Source: Pyrodictium abyssi (GTDB lineage: Archaea > Thermoproteota > Thermoprotei_A > Sulfolobales > Pyrodictiaceae). Taken from it: 32,000 nucleotides of DNA. Positions 22,883-29,869 of this stretch are shown here, piece by piece; within the stretch, counting starts at the first letter, position 1; the number at the start of each line of letters is the position of its first letter. The stretch covers positions 1 to 32,000 of the forward strand of contig NZ_AP028907.1 of assembly GCF_036323395.1 (NCBI RefSeq), written 5' to 3'. The position numbers were made by a program, and so were the translations under genes. The notes under the pieces are model-generated. The model made no database searches, was not told the DNA's origin, and worked only from the letters and a program-made list of their open reading frames with translations.

Positions 22883-23818
22883 CTACGGCACAGGCACCTT
22901 GGAGATGGCCTCCTCGACCACCTCGTCGGGCTTCACGCCTGCTAGCCTGGCCTCGGGCTTCAGCACCACCCGGTGGCGCAGCACGTACCGCGCCGCCTCC
23001 CGGACGTGGTCGGGCTCCACGTAGCCACGGCCGTCTATGAGGGCGAGGGCCTGGGACACCCTCATCAGGGCTACTGCTGCGCGTGGCGACGCGCCCAGGG
23101 CCACGTGGGGGCTCCTCCGGGTATAGTCGACGAACAGCGCTATGTAGTACTTCACGTTCCTGTCCACGTGCACCATGCGCACCTCCCGGCGGGCGCGCAA
23201 CAAGTCCTCCCTGCCAGCCACCGGCTCCACGGGCCACTCCTCCACACGGTCCACCATGTCGAGGACCCGGACCATGTCCTCGACGCCTAGGTAGTAGACC
23301 GGGACACTGACCATGAACCGGTCTAGCTGGGCCTCGCTCAGCGGGTAGACGCCCTCAGACTCGAACGGGTTCATCGTGGCTAGCACCGTGAAGGTCTCGG
23401 GGAGCCGGAAGCTGCGGCCCCACACGGTCACCTGGCGCTCCTGCATCGCCTCCAGCAGGGCCGACTGGACCTTCGGGCTCGCCCTGTTTATCTCGTCCAC
23501 GAGGAGGAGGTCCGTGAACACGGGGCCCCGCTCGAACACGAACTCGACGCCGCGGTACACGTAGCCGCCTATAACGTCGCCGGGCAGCAGGTCCGGGGTG
23601 AACTGGACCCTCCGGAACTCCAGGTCGAGCGCCGAGGCGATAGCCCGGGCCATAGTGGTCTTCGCCACGCCCGGCGGGCCCTCCAGCAGCACATGGCCGC
23701 CCGCTAGCACCGCTGCGAGCACCACGCGCAGCTCCCGGTGCAGCCCGACGACAACCCGCTGGACCTCCCGCAGCACCCTTTCATAGACAGTTGTCACCGC
23801 TCCATCAGTTTGCCGCAT
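22883..23818 (-). CDS. MoxR-family AAA+ ATPase
   Basis: Walker A ([11 protein letters not shown]), Walker B ([23 protein letters not shown]), then ATMNP, and the typical 311-aa length. Confidence 0.9.
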   Translation of the reverse strand: MRQTDGAVTTVYERVLREVQRVVVGLHRELRVVLAAVLAGGHVLLEGPPGVAKTTMARAIASALDLEFRRVQFTPDLLPGDVIGGYVYRGVEFVFERGPVFTDLLLVDEINRASPKVQSALLEAMQERQVTVWGRSFRLPETFTVLATMNPFESEGVYPLSEAQLDRFMVSVPVYYLGVEDMVRVLDMVDRVEEWPVEPVAGREDLLRARREVRMVHVDRNVKYYIALFVDYTRRSPHVALGASPRAAVALMRVSQALALIDGRGYVEPDHVREAARYVLRHRVVLKPEARLAGVKPDEVVEEAISKVPVP

Positions 23819-24351
23819 TTTCGCTACACCTCACCTTCCTCATGGTGGAAAGTTCTTAAACTAGGCTTATAATACTATCAAGTATTATCCGTATTGGTAA
23901 TATAGTAAGGCTAATTCAACTTCCGATAGAATTCGGTGCGACTATTCCTAGCTAGAGACAATATATAAAAATAATTATGTTTTGTGAAATTGGAATGAAA
24001 ATTGTATCTCTAGCGAAGCTTGCAGAGGTCAGTGTTCCCGCAGGGGATGCACTCTGCATTTATATCGGGTTTATATGCATGCGCCACTATTGTGTTCGTT
24101 ATAATAGTTAGTAAACACCTATAATTGGTATGAGTAGTGGTGCTCTCATGAATTATTTTTAGAGAAGTATACCTATACATGTCTTTATCACCTCGGTAGG
24201 AATCTATAATATAACCCTCCTATACAACCACTATATATGCTTTACTATGGTGAGACTTATATGTATATACAGATAACTAACGGTGTCATATCATGCATTA
24301 ACACCCCAAGACACTATATTCCCTGCATAACCATGGTGCCCGACGATTCAC
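23819..24351. other. AT-rich divergent spacer without ORFs
   Basis: Hand-counted GC is 37% (23881-23940) and 23% (23941-24000). There are many TATA-like strings and a GC-richer imperfect hairpin at 24021-24058 (TGCAGAG...CTCTGCA). Confidence 0.8.
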
Positions 24352-24882
24352 TTGGAAACCAAGGTGTTAAAAACCACCCCAGGTGTCGTCAATATCCCAG
24401 ACCAATTATTTCAGAAATCGAGTGTACAACATAATATAGTGTTGCATAACATAGCAGGCGAACTAATAGTGCTTATCATACCATTTGTATTATTTGCTAT
24501 CACCATACTACTTGTTTACAAAGGATCACGACTGCTACTCACTGAGCCCGAGTTCTGCCCTACCTCTATTATTTTGGCCTTCTCTAATGCTGTCAAGCCA
24601 CCCTATGCTTATCTAGGTGCCCGGAGGAGGCTACGAGAGCTCTTCGAGGAGATAGCCCGGCTGGTTGGCTCCGGGAACGCGACGCTTCGCGAGATAGCCG
24701 CGCGGGCCAGGCTAGGAGCGGAGCACGCTCGCGCAGTAGAGGCCTACTACCGGGCAATGTACTCGCAGAGGGGCTGCCGGAGCCTAGGTTGCAGCGAGGA
24801 GCTAGAACTGCTAGAAGAGCTGCTAGAGGCCGTCCGGCGGAGGCTCTGCGCCAGCCAGGAGGCTGGCTCAACCGCCGGGTAA
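24352..24882 (+). CDS. DUF4129-like membrane protein
   Basis: A TM helix (LIVLIIPFVLFAITILLVY) is followed by GNATLREIAARARLG...AVEAYYRAMYSQRG, which parallels the DUF4129 pattern (..TprEya.......l..l..lYe.arYg..). The start is uncertain: TTG at 24352, GTG at 24364, or the GTG near 24436. Confidence 0.45.
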   Translation: METKVLKTTPGVVNIPDQLFQKSSVQHNIVLHNIAGELIVLIIPFVLFAITILLVYKGSRLLLTEPEFCPTSIILAFSNAVKPPYAYLGARRRLRELFEEIARLVGSGNATLREIAARARLGAEHARAVEAYYRAMYSQRGCRSLGCSEELELLEELLEAVRRRLCASQEAGSTAG

Positions 24883-24971
24883 GCCTATAGCTCTGCATCC
24901 ATGGTAGTACTATCTGCCCGAGAGGCAGGGCTACGATAGGCAGCACTATAATCGGGGCAATAGCCTTTGGG

Positions 24972-25364
24972 GTGATTGTCGGCATGGAGTCTCTGGCGTC
25001 GAAGCTGCTACGGGAGGCGCGGGAGAGGCCAGAGGAGTGGAGGAGGCTCGCGGAGAGGATAGCAGCCGATATAGCTGGCGACGAGCGGCTGAGGCTTGCC
25101 CTACTCAACGCCGTGCTCCGGGAGACCGCGACCCGGCGGGATATAGCGGAGCTACGCGCCGAGATAGATCGGGAGATAGACCTGCTACGGGGGGACTTCG
25201 AGAAGCTACGAGGAGAGGTGGAAGGTCTGCGGAGAGAGCTACGCGAGGAGATGAAGGAGCTGCGCTCGCTCTACAAGTGGATCATAGGGCTCCTGGTTGC
25301 TCTCATGGCCTCGCTTATAGGGCTCGTGCTGCCAATAACCCTCCGCGCCTTAGGGCTGATGTAG
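24972..25364 (+). CDS. coiled-coil protein with a C-terminal transmembrane anchor
   Basis: Heptad-like Glu/Arg/Leu-rich region (DIAELRAEIDREIDLLRGDFEKLRGEVEGLRRELREEMKELR) followed by WIIGLLVALMASLIGLVLPI. The start is GTG at 24972 or ATG at 24984. Confidence 0.55.
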   Translation: MIVGMESLASKLLREARERPEEWRRLAERIAADIAGDERLRLALLNAVLRETATRRDIAELRAEIDREIDLLRGDFEKLRGEVEGLRRELREEMKELRSLYKWIIGLLVALMASLIGLVLPITLRALGLM

Positions 25365-25406
25365 CTCTCCATTGTGTCCGGTACCGGATCCCTATAGGGG
25401 GATGGC

Positions 25407-26303
25407 ATGACCAGACTCTTGTACGCCTTGTCGGCTCTCTCGGTGGCTGTGCTAGCAGCCTGTCTCGCCGCGCTGCAGCTCCCGGCCACGGGCACAGCTG
25501 TGCCCGCAGACTCTGCTAGCCCGCTTAACCAGGCGCCCCTGGGCTCGAGCACGCTCGCGGGGCTCCTCGCTGGCCACGGCTACCGCGTAGCCCTCGGCGG
25601 CGTGGACACCGTGGCAGCGCTAGCCAAAGAGACGAGAGTAGTGTACATCGTCGTCGGCCCCGACAAGCCGTTCACCGAGGACGAGGCCTCTGTGCTCGGG
25701 AGGCTCGTCCGCATCGGCAAGGTCTCGCTGCTCCTAGCCGACGAGCTGGGTGTCGTCAACAGCCTGGCTGGGGCGCTCGGCACTGGCCGTGTAGCAGGCG
25801 GGATGCCCACGGCCGACGGCTCCCCGGTAGTAGAGCTGGAGTGCATGGGGCGACGGCTGCTCTCCACCAAGGTCTCCCAGGTCGTGGGCGCCGGGCCCGA
25901 GGCCAGGGTGCTCTGCACAGGGCCGGGTGGCGAGCCCGTAGCAGTGCTAACGAGGCACGGAGATGGCCTGGTCCTACTGGTCGCAGACTCGAGCATGTTC
26001 ACAAACATCCTGCTGGGCGGCGCACCGCCCTTCGCTCCCACAGCCGGGACAGTCCTAGACCTGGTAGGGGAGCTAGCAGGCCCGGGCACAGCCGTGGTGC
26101 TCGACACCGCTCACTATAGCTACGCCGAGAAGCCCGGCCCGGGCAGCATAGCTCTGCTCCCCATGGAGGCTGTCCTAGCGCTCACTGTCCTCCTCCACAC
26201 GCTGGCCAGCAAGCACCCCCTGCTAGCTGTGGTGGCCCTGCCCTTGCTAGCAGCATGGGCCGCCATAGTACTGCTGGAGCGGGAGGAAGCAGTACACGGC
26301 TAG
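25407..26303 (+). CDS. DUF4350 family protein (N- and C-terminal membrane segments)
   Basis: GSSTLAGLLAGHGYRV...VVYIVVGPDKPFTEDEASVLGRLVRIGKVSLLLAD fits the DUF4350 pattern as I recall it. There is a signal/anchor at the N-terminus and hydrophobic segments at the C-terminus. Confidence 0.65.
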   Translation: MTRLLYALSALSVAVLAACLAALQLPATGTAVPADSASPLNQAPLGSSTLAGLLAGHGYRVALGGVDTVAALAKETRVVYIVVGPDKPFTEDEASVLGRLVRIGKVSLLLADELGVVNSLAGALGTGRVAGGMPTADGSPVVELECMGRRLLSTKVSQVVGAGPEARVLCTGPGGEPVAVLTRHGDGLVLLVADSSMFTNILLGGAPPFAPTAGTVLDLVGELAGPGTAVVLDTAHYSYAEKPGPGSIALLPMEAVLALTVLLHTLASKHPLLAVVALPLLAAWAAIVLLEREEAVHG

Positions 26304-26347
26304 AGCACTATATAGGCCTGTGTCACGGACACTGTAACACGGTGGCC

Positions 26348-26584
26348 TTGTTGCCAAGTGTCACAGTGACGTTCCGCATCCCCCGCGAGCTGAAGCAGCG
26401 TATGGACCGGCTCCGGGGCAGGGTCAACTGGAGCGAGGAGGTACGGAGGTTCATAGAGAAGCGTGTAGAGGAGCTAGAACAGGAGGAGGCTATAGAGGAG
26501 CTAGAGAAGCTCATAGAGCAGCTACCCCCCGCCCCACGTGGCGCCGGAGCAGCCCTCGTGAGGGAGGACCGTGATAGTCATTGA
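26348..26584 (+). CDS. vapB: VapB-type antitoxin (ribbon-helix-helix-like)
   Basis: VTFRIPRELKQRMDRLRGRVNWSEEVRRFIEKRVEE is the typical archaeal VapB N-terminus. It overlaps vapC by 14 nt. The start is one of TTG at 26348/26351 or GTG at 26366; the listed ATG at 26255 would overlap the upstream gene. Confidence 0.7.
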   Translation: MLPSVTVTFRIPRELKQRMDRLRGRVNWSEEVRRFIEKRVEELEQEEAIEELEKLIEQLPPAPRGAGAALVREDRDSH

Positions 26585-26984
26585 CGCCTCTGCGCTAGCA
26601 AAGTACGTGCTCCACGAGGAGGGCTGGACCAGGGTATCCTGGTACATCCGGCACAGGAGGCCACTAGCCTCAGTAGACCACGTGCTGAAGGAGGTGGGGA
26701 ACGCTATCTGGAAACGCTGCCGCCTACACCGGGCAATAGACGCCGAGACCGCGGCTAGGCTCTACCGCGGACTACGCAGGCTAGCCGAGACAGGGGTCAT
26801 ACAGCTCCGGCCAGAGGAGCACTACCTCGACAGGGCCATGGAGCTAGCACTAGAGCACGGCATAACGCTCTACGACGCGCTCTACATAGCCCTCGCAGAG
26901 GAGGAGGGAGAACTACTCACAGGCGACACGCGACAAGCCGAGGCAGCAGCCAGGATAGGGATACAAGTCCACCTCGTGGCATGA
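26571..26984 (+). CDS. vapC: PIN-domain ribonuclease toxin VapC
   Basis: Acidic PIN residues are in place: VIDASAL, HEEG, YDALYIALAEEEG, LLTGDTRQ. 137 aa with a GTG start. Confidence 0.85.
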   Translation: MIVIDASALAKYVLHEEGWTRVSWYIRHRRPLASVDHVLKEVGNAIWKRCRLHRAIDAETAARLYRGLRRLAETGVIQLRPEEHYLDRAMELALEHGITLYDALYIALAEEEGELLTGDTRQAEAAARIGIQVHLVA

Positions 26985-27109
26985 CAGGGCATCCCGGGGG
27001 CCAACAGCCCGTCAAAAAGCCCGGGAGCTGGGACATCCTACAGAGACGGAGACGGGTGAAGAGGCGGGAGGGCAAAAAGAACCATGGGGTTGGGGCCCGG
27101 GCCTGGGCG

Positions 27110-27670
27110 TTAGCTGGTGCTCAGCACCTTTATGTTGAGGAGCACTGGTACGTTGTCGAACAGCATGCCCTCTCTGACCTCGTAGAACACCTCTACCTTT
27201 ATCTTGGCGTCCTTGTTTCCGTCACTGTTTAGGTCGGTGTTGAAGTCCTCGTGGTCTAGTATTATTACTGCTGGTTTCCATAGGGTGGCGTAGCCCTTCT
27301 CCTCCAGCAGCACGTCATCTGATTCACTAACTGTACCCTTCATGTCCCAGGTCGTGAACTTTACCATAAAGTAGTCGAAGAGCGGGGCCAGCTGCTTAGC
27401 GTTTGCTACGCGTATCTCCAGCTTGGTTATGTTCACGTCTTTGCGCGCGTATATGGTTATGTTGCCTAGGTCTACGTGTCCTTGAGCGCCTGCAGCCGGT
27501 GTGAGGTTGGTGAGATCGTTCTTCACGTCTATTGGCTCGCTGGCTACATCGGCTATGCCTGTGGCGAAGAAGCTGTTTAGCAGGCTCTTGGTGGTGGCGA
27601 AGCCGGATAGTAGGGCGAGGGCGGCAGCCGAGGCGAGGATACCCGCTATAGCTAGGGCTGAGTACCTCAT
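27110..27670 (-). CDS. secreted or membrane-anchored beta-rich protein of unknown function (lower GC)
   Basis: Signal-like N-terminus MRYSALAIAGILASAAALALLSGFA. The ATG at 27670 is preceded by GGGGTG 8-13 nt upstream; the listed GTG at 27682 is an alternative. GC is about 48% on one counted line. Confidence 0.6.
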   Translation of the reverse strand: MRYSALAIAGILASAAALALLSGFATTKSLLNSFFATGIADVASEPIDVKNDLTNLTPAAGAQGHVDLGNITIYARKDVNITKLEIRVANAKQLAPLFDYFMVKFTTWDMKGTVSESDDVLLEEKGYATLWKPAVIILDHEDFNTDLNSDGNKDAKIKVEVFYEVREGMLFDNVPVLLNIKVLSTS

Positions 27671-27710
27671 ACCAGTATACACCCCGGCTTGCGTCGTGTT
27701 GTAGTTTGGG

Positions 27711-27738
27711 ATACAGCCTGTATATAAGTCTTATACAG
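27711..27738. promoter_or_regulatory. nested inverted repeats ATACAG-c-CTGTATA-N7-TATACAG around a TATA-like core
   Basis: Read directly. The element lies about 40-70 nt upstream of the minus-strand start at 27670 and contains TTATATA on the minus strand. Confidence 0.45.
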
Positions 27739-27903
27739 TTCAGTGGAAACGATACTATAATGCGGAAAATATAAGTTCTGTGGTCCTGGGGTGGGACGGT
27801 AACACGTCAGCTGGATCCGTGCCCCGCGCTGCGAGATCTAGACGGCGTTCCCGGCGGCCTAGGTATCCATGCTGCTGGTGTGCCGTATCCCCCTGGGGCC
27901 GGG

Positions 27904-27910
27904 TATAAAT
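27904..27910 (+). promoter_or_regulatory. TATA-like box (TATAAAT) upstream of prs
   Basis: 43-49 nt upstream of the GTG at 27953 and inside the non-conserved 5' extension of the listed ORF. Confidence 0.35.
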
Positions 27911-27952
27911 CGCCCAGCAGGCCCGTGGGCTGGTGCTCCCGGGGGCATTGCT

Positions 27953-28897
27953 GTGAGCCGCTATGTTGTCGTCGCTGCCCCGGGTACCCCGGGGAGCCTT
28001 GCCGAGGGCCTCACGCGGGGGCTTGGCGCCGAACTAGCCTGGGCTGAGAGCAAGCTGTTCCCGGACGGCGAGAGCTACGTGAGGATACCCGTCGCGCTCG
28101 AGGGCGCCACCGCCGTGGTCGTCTCGACGGGCTACCCGGAGCCCACCCGCCGGCTATGGGAGGCCGCTCTCCTCGCCGAGGCCTCCCGGGGCCTAGGCGC
28201 CAGCCACGTCGTAGCGCTCCTCGGCTACCTGCCGTATAGCCGGCAGGACCGCCGGTTTATACGCGGCGAGCCGGTCAGCGTCCGGGCTGCGCTCTCGCTG
28301 CTAGCCGCGGCCGGCGCGGAGGCGTTCGCCACGGTGGACGTTCACAAGCCTGCTAGCCTCCACTGGTTCCCCGGGCCCGTGGCCAACGTTGACCCGAGCC
28401 CGGCCTTCGCCGAGCGGCTCCGCGGGGTAGCCGACGCCAGCGAGAAGCTCTACGTGGTGGCTCCGGACCGCGGCGCGCTGCCCCGGGCCCGGAGGCTAGC
28501 CGAGCGGCTCGGCGCAGCCTTCGACTACCTGGAGAAGCGCCGGGACCGCGTAACCGGCGAGATAGTGGTCAAGCCCAAGACCCTGGACGTCGAGGGCGCC
28601 ACGGTCATACTCGTGGACGACATAGTCAGCACCGGCGGCACCATGGCCCGTGCCGCCGAGATGCTCCTAGCCCAGGGCGCCCGGGAGGTCATAGCAGCGT
28701 GCACCCACGGCCTCTTCACCGGCAACGCCGTCGAGAAGCTCAGGAGGGCCGGAGTATCCATGATACTCTCCAGCAACACCGTGGAGCCGCCCCCGGGCGT
28801 CGAGATGGTCGACGTCAGCAAGCAAGCCGCAGAGGCAGTAGACCAGCTCCTAGAAGCGCTAGCCGGCTACGAGCAGGAGCAGCCAGCCAAGGGCTAG
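27953..28897 (+). CDS. prs: ribose-phosphate pyrophosphokinase (PRPP synthetase)
   Basis: KLFPDGESYVRI, YLPYSRQDRRF and the PRPP loop LVDDIVSTGGTMA are present. I take the GTG at 27953 because the family N-terminus starts at VSRYVVVAAPG; the listed ORF starts at 27869. Confidence 0.85.
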   Translation: MSRYVVVAAPGTPGSLAEGLTRGLGAELAWAESKLFPDGESYVRIPVALEGATAVVVSTGYPEPTRRLWEAALLAEASRGLGASHVVALLGYLPYSRQDRRFIRGEPVSVRAALSLLAAAGAEAFATVDVHKPASLHWFPGPVANVDPSPAFAERLRGVADASEKLYVVAPDRGALPRARRLAERLGAAFDYLEKRRDRVTGEIVVKPKTLDVEGATVILVDDIVSTGGTMARAAEMLLAQGAREVIAACTHGLFTGNAVEKLRRAGVSMILSSNTVEPPPGVEMVDVSKQAAEAVDQLLEALAGYEQEQPAKG

Positions 28898-29584
28898 AGG
28901 GGCAACGCTGAAACCCTCCCCGCCTGGTACAGCACCCCAGTGGAGCCCCGTGGGCCGCAGGAGCCGCCGAAGAGGCGACGGGATGGGCCCACGGCCTCTG
29001 GGGGCGCCCGCAGACCCCCACCTTCCGTCGACTTGCCGCTTCTCCGGGCCGGGTGGAGACGAGCCTCCAGGAGCCTCGGCCGGGGCTAGGGATAAGGCCC
29101 GGAGGCTAGCCCCCTTCTACCCTGGAGCCTCGGCCGACACCCGGGGGCGAGGCCGCCGCAGAGGGCCCCGGCGGCTCAGTGACCCCGGGCCCGGGCGCTA
29201 GAGGCCGCGGCCAGCCTCTCCCAAAAGCTCTCCATCATCATCGCATTGGAACCGCATGAACATTATATAGGGGTGTCTATAACAGCATTAAGCCAGTCCC
29301 CGGTGCACAGTCTTCTCGCGAACTCTACACCTTGCTTTGTCGGCCCATGGCTCTTCTCCCACACCAGGCCCATGGCCGCTAGGCGGCTGGGCTGGCCCGC
29401 GTATGGCTTTACACCCTGCAGCCTCTCAGCCCTATGATGCTGGCTAGGACTGCGGCTGCAAGGATTACCCGCTGAGCGCTATCCTGCGGTGCTGTAAAAG
29501 TCGAGGCTTATAGCTTCATGGAAAGGTTCACGGCGTAGTATATACTCTTGTCACCGTGCCCGGTGGCCTCTCCTTCTAGCCCGC

Positions 29585-29598
29585 ATACATGCATGTAT
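29585..29598. promoter_or_regulatory. perfect 14-bp palindrome ATACATGCATGTAT (candidate operator)
   Basis: Self-complementary over all 14 positions. It sits upstream of the RelB-like ORF and about 40 nt downstream of a 10-bp palindromic TATA-like AGTATATACT (29538-29547). Confidence 0.4.
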
Positions 29599-29664
29599 GA
29601 ACACCGTTGCTGCTCGTGGAGGGTTTTAGGAGCCGGGCGGAGCGCTCTGCCTGGGTGTAGGGGG

Positions 29665-29859
29665 TTGTCGTCTTCGGAGCTACTATCCGGGATTCGGGAG
29701 ATAAAGAGGAGGCTGGCGCAAATCGAGTCGATGCCACGGCTGGTGGTCGAGAAGAACCTGGCTGAAGAGGAGCCTCTCCCTGACGAGGTCGAGGCGATAC
29801 AGTCTAGGGACGAGCTTGTAGACCTCGACGAAGTCAAGAGAAAGCTGCTGAGGGGCTAA
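29665..29859 (+). CDS. putative RelB-like antitoxin
   Basis: Small acidic helical ORF (ELLSGIREIKRRLAQIES...EEEPLPDEVEAIQSRDELVDLDEVKRKL) ending 10 nt before the RelE-like reading frame. The start is uncertain: ATG at 29593, TTG at 29665 or ATG at 29731. Confidence 0.4.
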   Translation: MSSSELLSGIREIKRRLAQIESMPRLVVEKNLAEEEPLPDEVEAIQSRDELVDLDEVKRKLLRG

Positions 29860-29869
29860 GGGAGGCTCG

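Noticed and set aside
22851-23237. Upstream 129-codon extension of the DUF58 ORF, and the alternative-frame ORF 22384..22860
   Set aside because: The extension overlaps the MoxR coding sequence and is Arg/Gly/Pro-rich. DUF58 proteins begin with the TM pair that follows the GTG at 22850. The 158-aa ORF is an Arg/Gly-rich shadow frame.
24237-24434. 65-aa ORF within the AT-rich spacer
   Set aside because: It has odd composition, no upstream signals distinct from those of 24352..24882, and it overlaps that ORF's start region. It is probably non-coding.
29082-29113. SRP (7S) RNA helix-8-like string AAGGCCCGGAGGCTAGC
   Set aside because: There is only partial similarity to the remembered AGGCCCGGAAGGGAGCA motif and no GNAR tetraloop closure. 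I could not pair the 5' and 3' ends of the region into the rod-like SRP fold.
28950-29201. 83-aa plus-strand ORF downstream of prs (also 28815..29021 on the minus strand and 29246..29437 on the plus strand)
   Set aside because: The sequences are Arg/Gly/Pro-rich or otherwise non-protein-like. The first merely translates the GAGCCTCGGCC DNA repeats, and a TATA-like box lies inside the third.
29176-29241. Minus-strand C-box-like ATGATGA (29235-29241) with a CTGA (29176-29179) downstream, considered as a C/D box sRNA. A similar plus-strand case is ATGATGC at 29434 with CTGA at 29472.
   Set aside because: Spacing is wrong: 55 nt and about 31 nt between the boxes, against about 38-43 expected. 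There are no recognisable internal D'/C' boxes and no terminal stem.
29508-29837. 109-aa minus-strand ORF antisense to the RelB-like ORF
   Set aside because: It is Ser-rich and low-complexity, with no motif. The plus-strand reading gives a coherent antitoxin-toxin arrangement.
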